The notes under the pieces are model-generated. The model made no database searches and was not told the origin of the DNA. It was given only the letters and a program-made list of their open reading frames with translations. The translations under genes were made by a program, and so were the position numbers. 64,000 nucleotides of DNA from Vicugna vicugna (lineage: Eukaryota): the NCBI GenBank assembly GCA_013265495.1, contig MU057398.1, positions 434,001 through 498,000 on the forward strand, given 5' to 3'. Below are positions 57,634 through 64,000 of this stretch, piece by piece (position 1 is the stretch's first letter; each line of letters begins with the position of its first letter).

Positions 57634-59220
57634 ATGGGAGGCTCTAAGTCAAAACCCACCACTCTAGACTGCATGATTAAGAATTTCAAAAAGGGGTTCT
57701 CAGGAGACTATGGAATTCGAATGACCCCTGGCAGGCTGCGCACTTTGTGTGAGCTTGAATGGACTGCCTTTGGAGTCGGGTGGCCCTCAGGAGGAACTCT
57801 GGACCTAGCAACAGTGCGAGCAGTCTATCAAATAATCACTGGAACCCCAGGCCACCCAGATCAATTCCCTTACATTGACTCCTGGCTGAATATCGCCCAG
57901 ACTCTACCCCCATGGATTCGGTTTTGCTCAAATGGACCTGGACAATGCAAGATATTAGCAGCTCAGCCAGTCCAGGCCAAAAAGACAGACAGAAAAAAAC
58001 CGATTTTCCAGGGAGACGCAGAAGACGAGATATGCCTGCCCCCTCCATATGCCCCCAAGGCACAAACACCTCCAGTCCCATTGGAGACACCACCACCCTC
58101 TGTGTCACCACCTCCCCAACCTGAGGACCCAGAGGCAGAACTCAGCCCCCAGCCTGAGCCGGTAGGAAGGAGACTCCGCTCAGCACAAGCCGTGAAGCCA
58201 GCACCACCGGCCCTCCAAATGCCGCTGCGGGAGACACAAGGGCCACAGCAAGTTGGGGAAGACGGGACTGTTCAGCCTGGGCACCCCGTACTCTACTACC
58301 AACCCTTTAGCACCACAGACCTTCTCAATTGGCGCCATCACACTCCTTCCTACTCTGAAAAGCCACAGGCTATGATTGACCTCATAGAGTCTATCTTCCA
58401 TTCTCACCGGCCCACCTGGGAAGATGTCCGCCAGCTGCTTCTGACTCTTTTCAATACAGAGGAGAGGAGACGCATTCTCACTGAAGCACGAAAATGGCTG
58501 CAGGGCCGAGCCCCTGGGGACACAATGGATGTTGAGGCGTGGGCCATGACACGTGCCCCTGACACCAGACCAGATTGGGACTTTAACACTCAAGAAGGAA
58601 GAGAAGCACTACGTGAGTACCGGGAGGCCATCCTACAAGGGCTAAAAGCAGGAGCCAAGAAGCCAACTAACATGTCTAAAACGACCACAGTGACCCAGAG
58701 GCCAGACGAAACCCCCACTGACTTCTATGAGAGACTGTGTGAAGCATTCCGAGTCTACACTCCTTTTGATCCTGAGGCCCAAGAAAACCAACGGATGGTC
58801 AACGCTGCCTTCGTAGCCCAATCATACCCAGATATACGCCGGAAACTCCAAAAACTGGATGGATTCGCAGGGATGAACGCTACACAGCTGCTGGAAGTAG
58901 CAAACAAAGTTTTTGTAAACCGAGAACGGGAAGCCCAACGAGAAGCAGACCAGCGAATGAAGCAGAAAGCCGCGCTCCTTGCAGCAGCCCTGGGGAAAAC
59001 AGGCTTCAGCCAGAACCCTGCACCACCCCGGAAGAGGGGACCCCAACCATGGATGCCCCTGGGCCGAGACCAATGTGCATACTGCCGGGAGACTGGGCAC
59101 TGGAAGAACGAGTGCCCAAACAGAAAGGATGGAAAGAGAGCACTCCCTAAAAGGCCTACTTATCAGCTGGAGCCACCAGCCAGTAATCACATCGGACTGG
59201 CTGGGGTTAACTCAGAATAG
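57634..59220 (+). CDS. gag: Retroviral Gag, 528 aa
   Basis: Myristoylation-type start MGGSKSK, PPPY late domain, major homology region (QRPDETPTDFYERL) and one CCHC knuckle CAYCRETGHWKNEC. Ends in TAG. Confidence 0.96.
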   Translation: MGGSKSKPTTLDCMIKNFKKGFSGDYGIRMTPGRLRTLCELEWTAFGVGWPSGGTLDLATVRAVYQIITGTPGHPDQFPYIDSWLNIAQTLPPWIRFCSNGPGQCKILAAQPVQAKKTDRKKPIFQGDAEDEICLPPPYAPKAQTPPVPLETPPPSVSPPPQPEDPEAELSPQPEPVGRRLRSAQAVKPAPPALQMPLRETQGPQQVGEDGTVQPGHPVLYYQPFSTTDLLNWRHHTPSYSEKPQAMIDLIESIFHSHRPTWEDVRQLLLTLFNTEERRRILTEARKWLQGRAPGDTMDVEAWAMTRAPDTRPDWDFNTQEGREALREYREAILQGLKAGAKKPTNMSKTTTVTQRPDETPTDFYERLCEAFRVYTPFDPEAQENQRMVNAAFVAQSYPDIRRKLQKLDGFAGMNATQLLEVANKVFVNREREAQREADQRMKQKAALLAAALGKTGFSQNPAPPRKRGPQPWMPLGRDQCAYCRETGHWKNECPNRKDGKRALPKRPTYQLEPPASNHIGLAGVNSE

Positions 59221-59284
59221 GAGAGACCGGGCTCCCTGCCCCTGGGCCCCCGGGAGCCCAAGGTCAAGATGTTTATAGGGGGCC
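59218..59284 (+). promoter_or_regulatory. gag-pol readthrough signal (UAG, 8-nt spacer, pseudoknot)
   Basis: S1 is GGGCTCCC 59229-59236 with GGGAGCCC 59252-59259. S2 is GGCCCCC 59245-59251 with GGGGGCC 59278-59284. Loop 2 is 18 nt. Confidence 0.88.
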
Positions 59285-62200
59285 AACCAATGACTTTTAT
59301 GGTAGACACAGGAGCAGAGTATTCTGTGGTGACCCAACCTGTAGCCCCCCTGACCAAAAAAAAGGCGACTATTATTGGGGCTACTGGGGACTCAACTGCC
59401 CGCCATTTCTGCCAACCACGATCCTGTCAAGTAGGGGGCCATCTAGTGACACATGAATTTTTATATTTGCCTGAATGCCCAATACCATTGCTTGGAAGAG
59501 ACCTTCTGTCTAAATTGGGGGCACAAATTACCTTTGTCCCCGGGAAACAGGCACATCTGACCCTACAGGGAGAGTCTATGATTCTAGCCATCTCAGTTCC
59601 CCGAGAAGAAGAGTGGCGTCTGTATGAGAGCAGAGAACTCCAGGAAAATCCTTGCAAACTCCTGGAAGAGTTTCCATTAGTCTGGGCTGAAAATGGACCA
59701 CCAGGCTTGGCACATAATCAGGCACCACTGGTGATTGACCTCAAACCTGGAGCCAGCCCAGTCAGACAGAAGCAATATCCCATGCCTCGAGAGGCCCACC
59801 TAGGAATCCAGAAGCATATACAGCGCCTCAGACAAGAGGGAATCCTAACTGAGTGCAGATCTCCCTGGAACACACCGTTGCTCCCAGTGAAGAAAGCAGA
59901 AGGAACAGATTATAGGCCAGTGCAGGACTTACGAAAAGTAAATGAAGTAGTCACTACAATACATTCAGCAGTGCCAAATCCATACACTCTTCTGGGCCTC
60001 ATTCCGGCAGATGCCAAATGGTTTACATGCCTAGACCTTAAAGATGCTTTCTTCTGTCTTCGACTCTCACCTGTGAGCCAGCCCATATTCGCATTTGAAT
60101 GGGAGGATCCCCATACAGGAGGAAAAACTCAACTGACATGGACACGTCTCCCCCAAGGCTTTAAAAACTCGCCCACCTTGTTCGGAGAGGCACTAGCCGC
60201 AGACCTTGTAAAATTCCCTGGGGAAACATTGAACTGTACTCTGCTCCAGTATGTGGATGACTTGCTGTTAGCCAGCCCCAGTGAAGAGGACTGTTGGAAA
60301 GGAACTCGAGCCCTCCTAGGGTTACTCCAAACAACTGGGTACAAGGTCTCATGGAAAAAGGCCCAGATCTGCAAAAAGACAGTCAAATACTTGGGATTTA
60401 TTATCTCAGAGGGACACCGAGCCCTAGGACCAGAACGAAAACAAGTTATTTGTGCCATACCCAGACCGGAAACAAAAAGGAAACTGAGAGAGTTCCTGGG
60501 CGCAGCTGGGTTTTGCCGGATCTGGATCCCCGGATTTTCAAGAATAGCCAAGCCCCTCTACGAAGCAACTGCTGGATCAGGAAAAGAAACCCTCAAATGG
60601 GAAACTAAACAAGAAAATGCCTTTAGGCAATTAAAGGAACTACTAACCCAAGCCCCAGCACTAGGCTTACCAGATGTAACACGAGAGTTTAATCTGTTTG
60701 TACATGAAAGAGACCAAACTGCTCTTGGAGTCCTAACTCAGAATGTGGGGCCATGGCAGCGCCCTGTGGCTTATTTATCTAAAAGACTGGACCCTGTAGC
60801 ATCAGGATGGCCACCCTGTTTACGGGCCCTCGCTGCCACAGCCCTCCTGGTCAATGAGGCAGACAAACTCACACTGGGACAGACTTTAAATGTAAAAGTG
60901 CCCCATTCTGTGGTGGCCCTGATGAATGGCCCAGGTTACAAATGGATAACTAACACAAGGATGACCCACTACCAGGGGCTTCTATGTGAAAATCCAAGAG
61001 TCCGTCTAGAGACTGTGCAAACCTTAAACCCAGCCACATATTTGCCTGAAGGGGAAGGGCAGCCTGACCACAACTGCGAAGAAATCGTTGAAGAGGTGTA
61101 TGCAAGCAGGCCTGATCTAACCGACAAGCCCCTGCAAAACCCAGACCTGGAACTTTTCACAGACGGCAGCAGTTACATGCAAGATGGACAACGGCGAGCA
61201 GGTTACGCTGTAACAACAACCCGAGAGGTAATAAAGGCAGAGTCCCTTCCCCCAGGATGGTCTGCTCAGCGAGCAGAGATCTGGGCACTGGTCCAGGCAC
61301 TAAGGGAAGGGAAAGGAAAACGAGTCAATATATACACTGATTCCAAATATGCATTTGCAACCTTGCATGTACATGGAGCCATCTATAAGGAGAGAGGACT
61401 TTTGACTGCTGGGGGAAAAGAAATCAAAAACAAAGAAGAAATTTTACAGTTACTGGAGGCAGTATGGGATCCAAAGGAAGTGGCCGTTATTCACTGTAAG
61501 GGACATCAAAGAGGAAATGACCCTGTGAGCCAGGGGAACAGGCTAGCTGATCAAAAGGCAAGAGAAGCAGCCGCCTGGGAACACTCAGTAATTAAAGTTA
61601 TGGCAGCGCCAGAGCTACCCACTGCCCCAGAATATAGTCATGATGAAAACAAGTGGGCACAGGCTGAACGAGGAGAGAAAAGAAAGGACGGATGGTGGAT
61701 CATGACGGATGGAAGGGTTTTCATCCCAGAACGACTAGCTTATCGTTTAGTCCAACAACAGCACGAAGCCACACATATGGGAAAAACAGCTTTAGAGGCC
61801 CTCTTAAAGCGATATTTCCTAATTTCTCGTCTCCCTACTCTATGTGCATCAGTTTCCCAACGCTGCTTGCTCTGTGCACAAAACAATCCAAAACAAGGGC
61901 TCACTGGGCCAATGGGAATACAACGATGTGGATTGGCTCCCTTTGAAGATTTAGAAGTGGACTTTACTGAACTTGGGCCCAGTAAGGGATATAAGTACCT
62001 GCTGGTTTTCGTCTGCACCTTCACAGGGTGGGTAGAGGCCTACCCCACCAGGACAGAGAAAGCAAGGGAAGTGACAAAGGCTCTTCTCAGGGATGTTATC
62101 CCTCGATTTGGAATGCCTACCTCCATCGGGTCTGACAATGGACCCGCCTTTGTGTCAGAAATTGTACAGCAAGTGGCAAAGGCACTGAGCATCCGCTGGA

Positions 62201-62856
62201 ACCTACACACAGCATACCGGCCTCAAAGCTCAGGGAAAGTAGAACGAATGAACAGAACTCTAAAACAAATTATAGCTAAAATCAGCCAAGAAACCCAGCT
62301 TCCCTGGGTGGACATTCTACCCCTGGCTCTGTTGCGAATTAGATGCACCCCAAGATTTAATATTGGGTACTCTCCCTTTGAAATCCTCTATGGGCGACCG
62401 CCACCTTTAGTCAGGATGAGAAACCCCACCCCAGAAATAGGAAATCTAGGGCTCCACCAACAACTGTTGGGACTAGGAAAAGTACTACGAGAAGTTTGGG
62501 GTTGGGTGATAGAGAAAACCCCCATTTCATTAGGGGTTCAAGTGCATCCCCATAAACCAGGTGACCAGGTATGGGTGAAGGATTGGAAAAAGGAACCTCT
62601 CAAACCAACATGGAAGGGACCATATTTAGTGGTATTAACTACTCCTACAGCTGTTAAAGTTGCAGGAATCGTCCCTTGGATCCACCACTCCAGAGTCAAG
62701 AGAGCAACTGCACCTCAGACAGAGGGTCCCTGGAAAATTGAGAGTGTCCCGGGAGACCCGCTCAAGATCAAGATCAAGAGGGACCAGAAAAGGATCGACG
62801 AGCCCTGCTCTAGCCACACCCGGAAGCTGGCTAGTCAACGCACGGCCGAAGCTTGA
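59221..62856 (+). CDS. pol: Retroviral Pro-Pol, in frame with gag via UAG readthrough
   Basis: Protease VDTGA, RT LPQG and YVDD, RNase H FTDGS and YTDS, integrase HHCC with D-D-E (VDFT, SDNG, VERMN), and GPY. No interruptions. Confidence 0.97.
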   Translation, partial: ERPGSLPLGPREPKVKMFIGGQPMTFMVDTGAEYSVVTQPVAPLTKKKATIIGATGDSTARHFCQPRSCQVGGHLVTHEFLYLPECPIPLLGRDLLSKLGAQITFVPGKQAHLTLQGESMILAISVPREEEWRLYESRELQENPCKLLEEFPLVWAENGPPGLAHNQAPLVIDLKPGASPVRQKQYPMPREAHLGIQKHIQRLRQEGILTECRSPWNTPLLPVKKAEGTDYRPVQDLRKVNEVVTTIHSAVPNPYTLLGLIPADAKWFTCLDLKDAFFCLRLSPVSQPIFAFEWEDPHTGGKTQLTWTRLPQGFKNSPTLFGEALAADLVKFPGETLNCTLLQYVDDLLLASPSEEDCWKGTRALLGLLQTTGYKVSWKKAQICKKTVKYLGFIISEGHRALGPERKQVICAIPRPETKRKLREFLGAAGFCRIWIPGFSRIAKPLYEATAGSGKETLKWETKQENAFRQLKELLTQAPALGLPDVTREFNLFVHERDQTALGVLTQNVGPWQRPVAYLSKRLDPVASGWPPCLRALAATALLVNEADKLTLGQTLNVKVPHSVVALMNGPGYKWITNTRMTHYQGLLCENPRVRLETVQTLNPATYLPEGEGQPDHNCEEIVEEVYASRPDLTDKPLQNPDLELFTDGSSYMQDGQRRAGYAVTTTREVIKAESLPPGWSAQRAEIWALVQALREGKGKRVNIYTDSKYAFATLHVHGAIYKERGLLTAGGKEIKNKEEILQLLEAVWDPKEVAVIHCKGHQRGNDPVSQGNRLADQKAREAAAWEHSVIKVMAAPELPTAPEYSHDENKWAQAERGEKRKDGWWIMTDGRVFIPERLAYRLVQQQHEATHMGKTALEALLKRYFLISRLPTLCASVSQRCLLCAQNNPKQGLTGPMGIQRCGLAPFEDLEVDFTELGPSKGYKYLLVFVCTFTGWVEAYPTRTEKAREVTKALLRDVIPRFGMPTSIGSDNGPAFVSEIVQQVAKALSIRWNLHTAYRPQSSGKVERMNRTLKQIIAKISQETQLPWVDILPLALLRIRCTPRFNIGYSPFEILYGRPPPLVRMRNPTPEIGNLGLHQQLLGLGKVLREVWGWVIEKTPISLGVQVHPHKPGDQVWVKDWKKEPLKPTWKGPYLVVLTTPTAVKVAGIVPWIHHSRVKRATAPQTEGPWKIESVPGDPLKIKIKRDQKRIDEPCSSHTRKLASQRTAEA

Positions 62857-63043
62857 GGAAAGCCCAACGCAGCTGTTAAATATATTTCTTTTGTGCTCCC
62901 TTGCCTCTTTCCTTGTTTTCTATACCAGTCTGCGTACTAGCAGTGGGGCTAGCTAGCGCCACCCCACCTGACTGGAACATAGGCCATAAAATCCTGATAG
63001 CTATTTTATATCTTCTTATAATTAGTGCCATCACCGCAGCATC

Positions 63044-64000
63044 ATGTCTAAGATAATCATAAGGCTGATGTTACTAATGCTAATGTCCTCACTCTCCTTG
63101 GCTGTACAGTGCACCTGCATGGAACCGGGTGACAGGTGGTCCATATACCGGCCTGTATTTTCAGCTTATACTTATCAGCCGAGTCAATGCTATGACTCCG
63201 CTTCAGAGTGCACATATCAGGGAAAATCCTACTGGATTGGCACAATTAAGGCTTATTATGTATCTAGCATCAAATGCTATGGCACACCCGGCAAGCTGGT
63301 GTGCTGGACCAAGCAAACACATTATGGGATGAGTGATGGAGGGGGCGTACAGGACCAGGCACGCCGGCAAGCAGTCCAACAAGCAGTCCAGAGGCAACAC
63401 CGGAAGTTATTACCTACCCGGAAGCCAATAAAACTTCCATCTTTAGCCGAGCCTCGGGATCTGGATCCACAAATAAATGGGCTGTTAGCCGCAGTCCATG
63501 GGATTCTCAATCATTCCAATCCAGACCTGGCTAAAGATTGCTGGCTATGCTTGCGTCCTGGCCCCATCCAGCACCTGGCTTTACCTCTGACAAACCTCAC
63601 TAAGACTTTCACCACAACTCATAGCGATGCCGTTTCTACCACTAGGAGTTCCAGGCTGAACTGGGTACAGCTCGCCTACAAGGCACCAGAATGTTATTTC
63701 AACAATGGAACTAATCCTTTAGAGGGCAATCTAACTATAAATCAATGTATTAAAACCTCTCACTGTATGGGTCTAGGGTGCCAACCCACACAAAGATGGT
63801 GTTCTAATAACGGGACTTATTTTGTATGTGGTGAATTTGCCTACCGGTGCCTCCCTGCCAGATGGGCAGGGTTATGTGCTTTGGCTTATCTCACTCCCCG
63901 AATGGACATTATGCCTAATAATCAAAGTCTGCCCATCCCTGTCATAACTCACCAGCATCCACGGAGAATAAAACGAGCTATACAATTGATCCCCTTGCTA
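63044..64000 (+). CDS. env: Retroviral Env: signal peptide, complete SU and start of TM, open to the window end
   Basis: Hand translation gives 319 codons with no stop: MSKIIIRLMLLMLMSSLSLAVQCTC...CWTKQTHYGMSDGGGVQDQAR (motif 63332-63364)...DCWLCL (CWLC 63539-63550)...RRIKR|AIQLIPLL (furin site 63965-63976). It is missing from the ORF track because no stop falls inside the window. Confidence 0.93.
   Translation, partial: MSKIIIRLMLLMLMSSLSLAVQCTCMEPGDRWSIYRPVFSAYTYQPSQCYDSASECTYQGKSYWIGTIKAYYVSSIKCYGTPGKLVCWTKQTHYGMSDGGGVQDQARRQAVQQAVQRQHRKLLPTRKPIKLPSLAEPRDLDPQINGLLAAVHGILNHSNPDLAKDCWLCLRPGPIQHLALPLTNLTKTFTTTHSDAVSTTRSSRLNWVQLAYKAPECYFNNGTNPLEGNLTINQCIKTSHCMGLGCQPTQRWCSNNGTYFVCGEFAYRCLPARWAGLCALAYLTPRMDIMPNNQSLPIPVITHQHPRRIKRAIQLIPLL

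Larger units (their letters stand above)
55840..64000 (+). mobile_element. Young gamma-like (class I) endogenous retrovirus, truncated by the window end
   Basis: LTR-PBS-leader-gag-pro-pol-env order, with no stop or frameshift in gag, pro-pol or the visible env. Confidence 0.97.

Noticed and set aside
62763..62778. caagatcaagatcaag shared between the pol end and an SRPK3 exon (about 1283-1298)
   Set aside because: A short simple hexamer repeat encoding KIKIK, consistent with chance.

Overview
Mammalian genomic DNA syntenic to human Xq28. It is most likely camelid, inferred from several tRNA-derived SINEs that resemble Vic-1. Gene order: the 3' part of SRPK3 (+), complete IDH3G (-, 13 coding exons, 392 aa), complete SSR4 (+, 6 exons, 173 aa, head-to-head with IDH3G) and complete PDZD4 (-, 8 coding exons, 777 aa, 17-kb first intron). 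From 43 to 56 kb is a dense field of L1, SINE and LTR remnants. The standout is a very young and apparently intact gamma-like provirus at 55840->64000. It has a 514-bp LTR, a perfect tRNA-Thr PBS, open gag and pro-pol joined by an MLV-type readthrough pseudoknot, and an env open to the window edge. The env is absent from the supplied ORF track and carries the syncytin-1/RD114-group receptor motif SDGGGVQDQAR on a HERV-E-like gag/pol backbone. An LTR identical except for one 47-bp indel lies 4.6 kb upstream and has no clear target-site duplication. Exon boundaries were read by hand. Repeat family names and the edges of old repeats are approximate and from recall, not from a database search.
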